Assembly (NCBI GenBank): GCA_002862545.1
Contig: PKDJ01000181.1
Span: 115 to 64,114, forward strand
Direction of reading: 5' to 3'
Origin: Pseudomonadota bacterium
Lineage (GTDB): Bacteria > Myxococcota_A > UBA796 > GCA-2862545
Length of the DNA: 64,000 bases
Numbering within the stretch: position 1 is the stretch's first letter; each line of letters opens with the position of its first letter. The notes below the pieces were generated by a model. That model was not told where the DNA came from, did not search any database, and saw only the letters and a list, made by a program, of their open reading frames with translations. Below, in pieces: positions 33,583-42,540 of this stretch. The position numbers and the translations under genes are program-made.

Positions 33583-36500
33583 GTCTTCGGCTCGGAGCGC
33601 TGCTGCTCGCCACCTCGCTGTGGATGTGTGGCACAGAGGCGCAAGCGGCGGAGCGGCAGGACGCCATCGAGGCCTTCACGCGCGGTGACTGCGACGCCGC
33701 GCTGCGTGGATTCAAGGATATTTTCGAGGATCAAAGAACGTTCTCGAGCGGCCTCGATCTGGCGTACCACTACCGGGTGTGCCGCCAGCTCCCCAGCGCC
33801 AAGGAGGTGCTGGCGAGCATGCAGGAGGTCTGGCCCGAGCGCTACGAGCTCGCTCTCGAGCGGGCCCGGGTGGCTGAGGCGCTCGGCGACCGACGGTCCG
33901 CCATTCGGATCCTCAAGTCGGCGCCGGGTGATGCGGCTCGTCATCCGCAGGTCCTCGAGGCGCTGGCGGCGGTGCAGCTCCGGGCCGGCGATCCGTCGGG
34001 AACCATCGGGACGCTTCGAGGCGGAAGCGCCGTCCTGTTGTCGAGCAAGGCCTTGGCCTACCACTCGATGATGGCGGCTGCGCTCACCGAGCTTGGCCGT
34101 CATGCCGAGGCCGTCGACCACTGGCGAGAGGTGAGCTCGGCCCAGCCGCGTGATGCCACCGCCATCCGCAGTCTGGCAAAGGCGCTGGGCGCCTCCGGAG
34201 AAGCCGACGCGGCCATCTCCGTGCTGTCCGACGCCCTGGCTCGCCTCGGCGATCAGGGATCGCTCTGGCTCGATCTCGGCTTCCTGTACCTGGAGCAGGG
34301 AGCCATGGGCGATGCGGTTGAGGCGTTCGATAACGCAGAGGTGGCTTTTGTCGCGGCGGGGGACGAGGAGGGTGCGCAGGCGGTCGCAGAGTCACGTGTC
34401 CTCTCTCTGCGGGTGATCGCCAACGAGGCGCTCGCCGCAGGCGACATCGAGAGGGCGATCCGTACCCTCCAAGGAATCGCAGATCGGGATGCGTCAGTGG
34501 ACCTCTCGCTAGCGTATATGCACCGCCTCTCTGGCCAGTTCGATCGTGCGGGCGCCATCCTCGCGGGCCTACAGCCGACTGAAGACCTGGCCGTTCCTGT
34601 CGCTATGGAGAGAGCGGCGCTGTTCTCGGACCAAGGGGAACACGCCGCAGCCATCGCAGTGCTGGAGCCGGTGGTCGCGACGCTGCCCGCGGACACTCCG
34701 GCAGCGGCTCTCGCGCTCGGCTCACTGTACGTCAGGGCTCAGCTCGGGGAGACGCTGCTTGGCTTCGTCGCAGGGCTGGAGGCGAGAGGCTTCGATCTCC
34801 AGACGCCGGGCTTCCGAGCACTCGTGGCCGAGGGGCACACGCTGCTGGAGCAGCATGCACAGGCCGCCGAGGCCTGGCGCAGCTACGTCGCCATGTCGCC
34901 TGAGCTGCTGGATGGCTACCTCGCGCTGTCCCGCTCGCTGTTGGCGGCGGATGACACTGGGGAGGCCAGAGCGACCCTGGAGCTGGCTGCGCAGCGTCTG
35001 GCCGCGGAGGGCAGGCTGTCGATGGCTCGGGCGGGGCTCGCCCTCGATGTCGGTGACTTCACCACCGCCGAGGGCTTCTACCGCAGCGCGAAGCAGCAGT
35101 ATGTGGCCGAGGAGAACTCACAGGCTGCCGAGCTCGCCCAGCAGCAGGTTGCGCTGTCGATCTCGCTGCGCGCCGAGGGACTCGTGACTGCGCTGAATCA
35201 TGAGGGTGCCGTCGAGGCCTACGCGCTGGCCTACCTGGAGAGTCCGAGCGGGCCTGCGGCCCTGCGCTACGCGTACGCGCTCGAGCTTGTGGGTCGCCTC
35301 GGCGATGCCGAGGAGGTCTACGTCGAGGGCCTCGAGCGATTCCCGACGTACTTGGAGCTCGCGCTCGGCTTTGTCGATCTGCTGCTGCTGCAGCAGCGCC
35401 AGCAAGAAGCGCTGGGCATCCTGGAGAGGCACTCCACCGAGACGGTGAGTGTCTCGCGGCGGCTCGCACAGGTCTACCTGGGCCTCGGTCGCTTCGAGGA
35501 CGCCATTCGGATCGCAGAGTCGACGCGCAGCGCGGTCATCTTGAGTGACCTGCTGGCGGTAGAGGCCACGGCCTACCTCGGGCTCCGCGAGCGGGAGCGC
35601 GTCCTCGAGGTCTGGCGCCGCGCGATCCGAGAGATCCCGGACGACCTGCCGCTGCGGCTCGAGCTCGTCTACGCCCTTGGGCGTCGCCAGCAGTACGCGT
35701 CTGCTGAGGAGGTCCTCGCTCGGGCCGAGGCGGACCTGCCGGCTGACGGACGCACGGCGCTGGCGCGGGCCTGGCTCTGGCTGTCTCGCGGGGTGCCGAG
35801 CCGTCGTCGGGTGTGGGCGAGGGTGGCCGCTCGGCAGCTCGAGGCCTCTCCGCCGCCTGCAGAGATCTTCGCGCACTACCTGACGCTCGCGCGGGCGTAC
35901 ACCTACGCAGACGAGCCAGTGCTCGCTCTCGACGCCATCGAGCGGGCGGCGACAGATCCGCTGGCGCGGCGCAGGCCGCTCGAGCAGAAGGGCTGGCTCG
36001 CGGTCTGGGAGAAAGACCAGTGGTCTGCCATGGAGACGTTCGAGTACCTGCACGCCCTCGAGCCACTCAACCCGACGCCGCTGATCTCGATGTACCAAGT
36101 GGCGGTCAGCCAACATGCGCACGGTCTGGGAGTTGCGCTCGAGAAACGGGCGCTGGAGTCTTCGGGGGGCCGAGAGACCGCAGTGAGTCAGCTGCACGAT
36201 CTGGGTGTGCGCACTTACGGCTACCGTCCTTTGCCTTGGCTCGGGGTGGCCCTCGATGGAAGCCATGGGATCGGTCGCGCCTCTGCGATCGAGCTTCGTC
36301 GGGCTACCTTGCTCGGGAGCGCGTTCCAGGCGTATCAGGTGCGAAGCAGCGCGCTCGACGTTCGATCGGCTGGCTATGTCCAAGGCCTTCCTGCCATAGA
36401 GCTTGGGTACGGGCTGGTGTCACAGCGTCAGGATGTCGAGTCCGAGAGCCACGTCGTGCGGCTGGCGATCAATGATGGTGCGCCGACGAGCCTCGGGACC

Positions 36501-37178
36501 ATCCTGTGGGGCGTCGACATCTCAGCGGGGGTGTTCGACAGCCGACTGGCCGGCGCCTCGGTTCAGCTGCTCGACTCGGAGTCGGTGTCCCTCGGTCTCA
36601 TGCCACGCCACACCGCACACACGGTGACGATGCGGGCCATGCGTGGCCGCCAAGTCGGTAACGCTGTGTTGCCGGATCAGCGCTACTGGCGGGCCGAGGT
36701 CGAGGACATCGTGCAGCTCGCCCATGTGCGCGGCGCTGTGCGACTGCGTCAGAGCTGGGTGAACTTGCCGGATGACATGCGGGTCAACTCGACCAGCCTG
36801 GACGGCTCGGTCGTTCCGGCTATCATGGGCATCGTCATGGGCGGACCCGTCGTTGGTGTGGAGCGGGACGTAGTGGACGACTCGGCTGCTCTGGTGACCA
36901 GACTAGGAGGAGAGCTGACGTCTGGAGTCAGGCTGCGCAATGTGACGCCCGGACTGTTGGTGCAGCACGAGGCGGTGGTTGGTAGTCCCCAGTACAGTCG
37001 CCTGACTCTCGATGCCGGCCTGAAGGTCACCCTCGAAGCAGCCCTTCGAACCCACCGAGCGGGCAGGCTGCATGTGGCGAAGTCGCCGCTGCTCTTCAAC
37101 CTTGGGGCGCGGTTCGTCGACTACAAGGACGAGGCGCTGCGGGACTCCGTCACCCTCTCATTGGGACTGGAGCTGTGA
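33579..37178 (+). CDS. Large TPR-repeat protein with putative C-terminal outer-membrane beta-barrel (BcsC/PgaA/PelB-like architecture)
   Basis: 1199 aa. The TTG start overlaps the GT2 stop (TTGA). Signal LGALLLATSLWMCGTEAQA. About 800 aa of TPR-like helical repeats follow, then ~380 aa with alternating beta-strand-like pattern (..VRLAINDG..VSLGLMP..VTLSLGLEL). The barrel is inferred, not demonstrated. Confidence 0.7.
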   Translation: MSLRLGALLLATSLWMCGTEAQAAERQDAIEAFTRGDCDAALRGFKDIFEDQRTFSSGLDLAYHYRVCRQLPSAKEVLASMQEVWPERYELALERARVAEALGDRRSAIRILKSAPGDAARHPQVLEALAAVQLRAGDPSGTIGTLRGGSAVLLSSKALAYHSMMAAALTELGRHAEAVDHWREVSSAQPRDATAIRSLAKALGASGEADAAISVLSDALARLGDQGSLWLDLGFLYLEQGAMGDAVEAFDNAEVAFVAAGDEEGAQAVAESRVLSLRVIANEALAAGDIERAIRTLQGIADRDASVDLSLAYMHRLSGQFDRAGAILAGLQPTEDLAVPVAMERAALFSDQGEHAAAIAVLEPVVATLPADTPAAALALGSLYVRAQLGETLLGFVAGLEARGFDLQTPGFRALVAEGHTLLEQHAQAAEAWRSYVAMSPELLDGYLALSRSLLAADDTGEARATLELAAQRLAAEGRLSMARAGLALDVGDFTTAEGFYRSAKQQYVAEENSQAAELAQQQVALSISLRAEGLVTALNHEGAVEAYALAYLESPSGPAALRYAYALELVGRLGDAEEVYVEGLERFPTYLELALGFVDLLLLQQRQQEALGILERHSTETVSVSRRLAQVYLGLGRFEDAIRIAESTRSAVILSDLLAVEATAYLGLRERERVLEVWRRAIREIPDDLPLRLELVYALGRRQQYASAEEVLARAEADLPADGRTALARAWLWLSRGVPSRRRVWARVAARQLEASPPPAEIFAHYLTLARAYTYADEPVLALDAIERAATDPLARRRPLEQKGWLAVWEKDQWSAMETFEYLHALEPLNPTPLISMYQVAVSQHAHGLGVALEKRALESSGGRETAVSQLHDLGVRTYGYRPLPWLGVALDGSHGIGRASAIELRRATLLGSAFQAYQVRSSALDVRSAGYVQGLPAIELGYGLVSQRQDVESESHVVRLAINDGAPTSLGTILWGVDISAGVFDSRLAGASVQLLDSESVSLGLMPRHTAHTVTMRAMRGRQVGNAVLPDQRYWRAEVEDIVQLAHVRGAVRLRQSWVNLPDDMRVNSTSLDGSVVPAIMGIVMGGPVVGVERDVVDDSAALVTRLGGELTSGVRLRNVTPGLLVQHEAVVGSPQYSRLTLDAGLKVTLEAALRTHRAGRLHVAKSPLLFNLGARFVDYKDEALRDSVTLSLGLEL

Positions 37179-38413
37179 GCCCGCTGTCGCACGCACGGGG
37201 CTGGCTTCTGAGGCGGCAAGAGGTCCTGTACCCTGCCCTCGATGGCGTCAGCTTCGTGCTGCTCTACGTCTACCTGGTGCTGGCGGGCAACTGGGTGGAT
37301 GCGTCGGCCTTTGGTCAGCTCAACAGCTTGACCGCACTGCTGACTTTTCTTGCTGCGGCGGGTGCGGCCATCCAGTTCATCGTGGCCCGGCGCCTGGCCC
37401 GCGATGTCTCGACACCGCTCGGTGATCTCTGGGTGCTGGACGCGGCGCTCACCCTCCCGCTCGTGCTGCCCTTCCTGCTGCCGCTGCCTGAGGCGTGGCG
37501 TCTGTCAGCCGTGGACACGGTCGGGCCGGTCAGCTTCGCTGCGCTGGTGCTCGTGGCTGCGCAGATTGGTGTGTTCCGAGGTGTCCTTCAGGGGCGCCAG
37601 CGCTTCTTTGCGCTGTGGGCGAGCCAGCTCGCGGGCCATGTCGCGCGGCTCGCTGTGTTGGTCGCCGTGGCAGCCGGAGGGGCGACCCTCGCGACGGTCT
37701 GGTGGTCCGTGATCGCTGCTGAGGTTGCGCACTTGGTGGCCGTGGTCATTGCCTGTCAGTCGGCTGGCGGGGACCTGTGGACGAGGATTCGGCCGATCCC
37801 GGTGCGCCGGGATGTGGTGGTCGACGTGCTGCGGGTCTGCGCAGCCCAGCTCGCCGTGGCGGGCTTGCTCTCCGTCGACCTGATCTTGGCGGGAGAGAAC
37901 CTCGGTGCCGAGAGTGGAGCCTTCGCGACGGCGAATCGATTCGGTCGCGTGTTCTGCTTCCTCAGTGCGAGCGTGGCCGTGGTCCTCCTACCCCGCTTTG
38001 CGCGTCAGCAGTCCGCGGGACGTGGCCTCGGCACGCTGACGCTCGGAGCTGCGGCGGTCAGCGTGCCCGTGTCGCTGGTGGGCGCGGTCGTGCTGGTGCC
38101 GCTCATGCGCTGGATGTTTCCTGATGCAGTCGTCCCGAGCACCGCGCTCACGGTCTGGGAGCTCGGGGCCAACCTTGGCCTCGCCGTGATTCAGGTCTTG
38201 GTGACCTGGCATGTTGCCCAGTCCAGACGCTGGTACGCGGTCATCGTGGGGCTGGCCGGGGTGGTCTTGGTCGCTGCTCTACAGCTCGGACCCGCCACAC
38301 CGCTGTACTATGCTCAGGCCAGCCTGGTGGTCTTCTGGATGACCGCACTCGTCCTCTCTCGCGCCGACGTGACGACCGACACCGTGGAGTCCGAGGCCAT
38401 CGACGCCCCATGA
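37175..38413 (+). CDS. Polytopic membrane protein, MOP/Wzx-type oligosaccharide flippase-like
   Basis: 412 aa. The GTG start overlaps the upstream stop (GTGA). About 12 predicted TM helices with the size and composition of polysaccharide-biosynthesis (Wzx/MurJ superfamily) proteins. No diagnostic motif. Confidence 0.6.
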   Translation: MSPLSHARGWLLRRQEVLYPALDGVSFVLLYVYLVLAGNWVDASAFGQLNSLTALLTFLAAAGAAIQFIVARRLARDVSTPLGDLWVLDAALTLPLVLPFLLPLPEAWRLSAVDTVGPVSFAALVLVAAQIGVFRGVLQGRQRFFALWASQLAGHVARLAVLVAVAAGGATLATVWWSVIAAEVAHLVAVVIACQSAGGDLWTRIRPIPVRRDVVVDVLRVCAAQLAVAGLLSVDLILAGENLGAESGAFATANRFGRVFCFLSASVAVVLLPRFARQQSAGRGLGTLTLGAAAVSVPVSLVGAVVLVPLMRWMFPDAVVPSTALTVWELGANLGLAVIQVLVTWHVAQSRRWYAVIVGLAGVVLVAALQLGPATPLYYAQASLVVFWMTALVLSRADVTTDTVESEAIDAP

Positions 38414-41400
38414 ACGCCCACCGGCGCGCCCGACTGCCGCTCTCTGTCGACCTCGCTACTGCGGCGGTGGTCGGCTTGGCCATCGCGCCCATGCTGTTCG
38501 GGGGCACGGTCACCTTCACGGACCTCACCTTCGGGCGGACGACCGACCGCGTCCTCGACAGCGTGGGCAGTGTGTTCAATGCGCACCTGAGCACGGCGAA
38601 CTGGTTCAACCTCCCGCGCTTGCCCTTTGTGGCGGTCGCCAAGGTCTTTGCCGACATCTTCGCGGGAGGCGACGCGAGTGTCTTTCTGTGGGCCATGACC
38701 ACAGTCACCCTCACGCTCGGCGCCTGGGGCGTGATGCGGCTCGCTCACGATGTGGCCGCTGCGCGGCCGGGACGCACCCTCAGTCCTGCCATTCTCGTGC
38801 TCGTTGGACTGGTCTATGCGCTGAATCCCTGGTCAATTCAGCGCATTCAGCACATCTACCTGCTCTGTGGGTATGCCCTCTACCCCTGGGTCTGGTGGCT
38901 CGCGCTGCGCTCCTGGGGCCCACAGACCTGGCGACGAGCGGGTGGCTTCGTCGTGCGGCCTCGGGCGGACGACCTGGTCTACATGATGGGTCTGGGTGCC
39001 GCTGTCGCGGTCAGCTTCGCCGGGGTGCACTTCGGATTCTTGAGTGGACTCACGCTGGTTCCGGTGGGTCTCGGCTGCGCGGTGTGGGCGCTGACCGATG
39101 CGGTCAAGCAGAGGACCATCGGCCGCTGGCTCGCCTTCTTTGCCGTTCGTGCTGCAGTGCCGGCAGTCTCTTTCGGCGCGTTCGCCGCCTACTGGAGCTG
39201 GCCGCTCGTGTCAGGCATCCTCAACCAGGTGCGACCCAGCCAGTTCAACGTCAACGCCTACGAGAACATCATCCTCTTCAGTCGCTACAGCGACCTGACG
39301 AGCGTGCTCTCGGCGTCGAGCTACTGGTGGCCCATGGTACCCCTCGAGACCTTCGGGGAGGCCAGCGGCCCGGCGGCGATCCTGCTGTGGTCGCTCGCGC
39401 TGATCGGTGTGGCTCGACTGCGAGAGCTGCCGCTGGCGGTACCGGTTGGCGGACTGGTCGTGCTGGCCACGGGAGCCCACTACCCTGCGCTGGCGGAGAA
39501 CTACCTCGGGCTGGTCTTCGAGCTGCCCTATCCACTCGGCGACATGCTGCGCGATCCCAACAAGATCGTGGGCGTCTTGCTGCTGGCGCTCTGCCTGATG
39601 CTGGCACGGGGGCTGTCGCGAATCGACGACGGCGGATGGGCGGGGCGTCTGCTTGGCCCGGTGCTGGGCGTAGCGGCCTGGCTCGTGTGGGTCCTTCCCT
39701 TCTGGCGTGTCTACATGCTGGGATTCTACCTTCCGGTCGACTGGCCGGCCCAGCAGATCGCGCTCTCCGAGCACCTGCGCTCCCTCCCGACCGAGGCGCG
39801 GGTGCTCTACCTACCGCTGGCCAACGAGGTCATCGATCCGAGCCTGGGCTTCAGCTCTCCAGACTTCAACACCGTGACAGTCGAGGGGCGTGAGATCGCC
39901 AAGGCGACGGCTGACTTTGCGATCGTCGACAGCCCACGCGACACGGTCTTTCCCTACGAGGGCAACCCCATCTCGGTAGAGCGGATGCTGGTCTATCTGC
40001 ACGAGGTCCTCGAGCGCGGCGATGTCGAGGCCTTCGGTGACCTCGCTCGGGCGCTTGGCGTCACCCACGTGGTCCACCGGAGCAGCTATGCGAGCCATCG
40101 GGATCGCCTGCTTCGAGAGCAAGAACTCCTCTCGCGGCAGCCAGATCTCACCGAGACCTGGTCGTCCGGCGACATCCGGGTGTACACCGTCGAAGACGCG
40201 GAGACGACTGCACGGGTGCTGCAGCGTGTGGTCTACACGACGGCTGACCAGGAGCACCTCACGACGCTCCGGCGGCTGCTCGGCTGGCGCGCGTCCGAGA
40301 CCGGGCATGTCTTTGCTGCCCAGTCTTCAGGCACGACGATGTCCGTCCTTGGGCCGGGGGACTGGGTCGATGTCTCGTCCCGCCATGCTCTCCTGCTGGC
40401 TCAGGTCCCCAGCGACCAGCTCGTCGCGCCTGCCGATCACATGAGCGAGGGCCGCCCCTCTGTGGGGTGGGCGAAGGGGTACCTGCAGGGCCCGGATCTG
40501 GAGTGGCAGCTCGAGCTTGCCGGGGCTGGAGACGCCGTGATTGGCGCTGATCTGTCGATGCCACAGGTCTTCACCTCCAGCGCGCGCCGCTTGATCATGC
40601 CCTCGTGGGAGGAGGCTTCGGCGCTTCGCGTGCCGTTGATCGACGAGTCGGCCTGGCAGGATGTCGAAGGGGTCCCCACCGCGGAGGTGCTCGACGTCGA
40701 GCCGCTCATGCTCGAGGTGAATGGTGTGCGCATGCGCTGGTCGACCACGGAGACCGAGGGTCAGGCGGGTCGTCAGTGGTCCGTGGTCTCGCAGTCCTTT
40801 CCCCTCGCGGGTGGTCGTGCCCATGCCCTGCAGGTTGAGGTCGAGGGCGCTGTGGAGCCTGGGGTCGTCGTGCGGGTGGTCTGCATGGACGAAGAGGGCA
40901 GGACGCTCGGCAGTCAGGTACTCGCGCTGGTGCACGATCCGGGCGGGCGGGGGACCGTCCACAGGTCCTTCATCACGCCGACCTGGGCGACGCAGGCCCG
41001 GGTCGAGCTGATCGGTCCGGGTGATGCACCGAGTCTGGGCTGGTCTGTGAAGGACCTCTCTCTCGGGCAGTACGTCGATGGGGATGCGCCGAATCTTCTG
41101 ACTGTGCCCATGGACGTCCCCTCTGGCTCGGGAGCGCTCTGGGTGCGGGCACTCTGCTCTCGCGGTGGAGGAGTGCTTCGCGTTGCTATCGGCGCGACGA
41201 GCACGACCCTGGACACACGCTGTCCGGCGTCTCCACGCCTGAAGTGGTTTCGCGCGGAGGGCCTTCAGGGGCCTGCGGACAGACTGTCGATCAGCAACGA
41301 GGGGGGCTTCAACAGCGTCAATGCGCTCACCTGGATGACGCCCGAGGATGAAGCCGCGCTGGAAGAGGGCCTCGCTGCGGGGCTCGAGGACAAGCGCCTG

Positions 41401-42540
41401 CTGGCGATTCGGGACCTCTGGGAGGATGGCGAGTGGTCGGGTGCGCTTCGGAGTGGCCGTGCCGATCCCCGCTGGACAGCTGGGCGAACCCTGCGATCCG
41501 TGAGAGGCGAGGCCACCGTCTCGCTCTGGGTACCGCGAGACGGGGTGTATGACCTCGTGGTCAACGACGAGGTGCCGCCAGGCGGGGAGTACGGGCTGGA
41601 GGTGGTCGATCCGTCCGGTGCCCGTGTGTTCGAGACCGTCGTCGCGCATGATGGCGCGGAGGGGGTGCGGCAGCTCGAGAGGCTCTCGCTGGAGCGCGGG
41701 ACCTACACGGTGAGCGCTCGCTTTAGGGCGGATCCCGAGGGCACGTTGAGCTGGGACGCGCTCTCGTCGCCGGGAACGCGATGGTTCGTCCGGACCAGCC
41801 CCGAGCAGAGGCGCATTCGGCGCATGGCGGGCAGCAGCACGGAGACCCAGGCAGTCCTCTTGACGCCCGAGGTGCCGGTCATGCCTGGCGAGCAGGTCCT
41901 CGTTGGCTTTCGCTACCACCTGCACGGAGGGCGAGATCTACACGCCCGTTTTCGCTTTCTCGATGCGTCTGGGCACAACATCGCGACGCGGGTCGACCGC
42001 TTCCCCAGGCGCTGGTCCGCGCACTCGGATCGCGTCGCAACCGTGGTCGAGCCACCACCAGGAGCGACGGCGCTCGTCACGGAGCTCGCATTCTCACCTG
42101 GAGAGGCGACTGACCGGGATTCCTACCTCGATGTCTTCGACTTCGAGCTGTGGACTGAGGAACGTGGGATTGCGCTCGACAGCGTGGTCCTGATCCAGGC
42201 CGATCGTTCGGCCGCTGCTGACGCCTCCCGGGTCGAGGTCGTCGAGAGTGAGGGCGGGACGCGTCGCCTGCGAGTGCAGGGAGGTGAGGGCCGGCTGCTC
42301 GAGCTGCTGGAGACTCCCAACCGGCTGTGGACAGCGAGCGAAGACGGTGCAGCACGGCCGACCTTGTCGGTCCGTGGAACCTCGGTCGGGATTCGGCTGG
42401 AGGAGGATGACGCCGGTGTGGTGTTCACGGTTCCTTACGACGCCATCCATCGGCGTGGCGTCTGGGTCAGCAACATCAGCGCCCTCGGTCTCTTTGGGCT
42501 CTGGGGTGTCACGCTGTGGCGGCGTCGTCAGAGCAGGTAG
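38410..42540 (+). CDS. Giant membrane protein with GT-C-like N-terminal polytopic domain, large periplasmic jelly-roll/CBM-like region and C-terminal TM anchor (AftD/DUF3367-like architecture)
   Basis: 1376 aa. The ATG overlaps the flippase stop (ATGA). About 12-14 TM helices in the first ~480 aa. A soluble module follows containing ..LGVTHVVHRSSY.., and two beta-sandwich-like segments (e.g. VVRVVCMDEEGRTLGSQV..ARVELIGPG and VGFRYHLHGGRDLHARFRFLDASGHN..). Final TM VWVSNISALGLFGLWGVTLWRRR. Confidence 0.7.
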   Translation: MNAHRRARLPLSVDLATAAVVGLAIAPMLFGGTVTFTDLTFGRTTDRVLDSVGSVFNAHLSTANWFNLPRLPFVAVAKVFADIFAGGDASVFLWAMTTVTLTLGAWGVMRLAHDVAAARPGRTLSPAILVLVGLVYALNPWSIQRIQHIYLLCGYALYPWVWWLALRSWGPQTWRRAGGFVVRPRADDLVYMMGLGAAVAVSFAGVHFGFLSGLTLVPVGLGCAVWALTDAVKQRTIGRWLAFFAVRAAVPAVSFGAFAAYWSWPLVSGILNQVRPSQFNVNAYENIILFSRYSDLTSVLSASSYWWPMVPLETFGEASGPAAILLWSLALIGVARLRELPLAVPVGGLVVLATGAHYPALAENYLGLVFELPYPLGDMLRDPNKIVGVLLLALCLMLARGLSRIDDGGWAGRLLGPVLGVAAWLVWVLPFWRVYMLGFYLPVDWPAQQIALSEHLRSLPTEARVLYLPLANEVIDPSLGFSSPDFNTVTVEGREIAKATADFAIVDSPRDTVFPYEGNPISVERMLVYLHEVLERGDVEAFGDLARALGVTHVVHRSSYASHRDRLLREQELLSRQPDLTETWSSGDIRVYTVEDAETTARVLQRVVYTTADQEHLTTLRRLLGWRASETGHVFAAQSSGTTMSVLGPGDWVDVSSRHALLLAQVPSDQLVAPADHMSEGRPSVGWAKGYLQGPDLEWQLELAGAGDAVIGADLSMPQVFTSSARRLIMPSWEEASALRVPLIDESAWQDVEGVPTAEVLDVEPLMLEVNGVRMRWSTTETEGQAGRQWSVVSQSFPLAGGRAHALQVEVEGAVEPGVVVRVVCMDEEGRTLGSQVLALVHDPGGRGTVHRSFITPTWATQARVELIGPGDAPSLGWSVKDLSLGQYVDGDAPNLLTVPMDVPSGSGALWVRALCSRGGGVLRVAIGATSTTLDTRCPASPRLKWFRAEGLQGPADRLSISNEGGFNSVNALTWMTPEDEAALEEGLAAGLEDKRLLAIRDLWEDGEWSGALRSGRADPRWTAGRTLRSVRGEATVSLWVPRDGVYDLVVNDEVPPGGEYGLEVVDPSGARVFETVVAHDGAEGVRQLERLSLERGTYTVSARFRADPEGTLSWDALSSPGTRWFVRTSPEQRRIRRMAGSSTETQAVLLTPEVPVMPGEQVLVGFRYHLHGGRDLHARFRFLDASGHNIATRVDRFPRRWSAHSDRVATVVEPPPGATALVTELAFSPGEATDRDSYLDVFDFELWTEERGIALDSVVLIQADRSAAADASRVEVVESEGGTRRLRVQGGEGRLLELLETPNRLWTASEDGAARPTLSVRGTSVGIRLEEDDAGVVFTVPYDAIHRRGVWVSNISALGLFGLWGVTLWRRRQSR

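Noticed and set aside
40327-41925. 532-aa minus-strand ORF; similar cases at 15392..16960, 17923..19263, 24812..26176, 31379..32617, 35118..36383 and 60318..61538 (all minus), and at 59363..61030 (plus)
   Set aside because: All lie antisense to genes with clear family motifs or membrane topology. All show junk composition (R/P/G/H rich) and no start-site context. Long shadow ORFs are expected in ~70% GC DNA.
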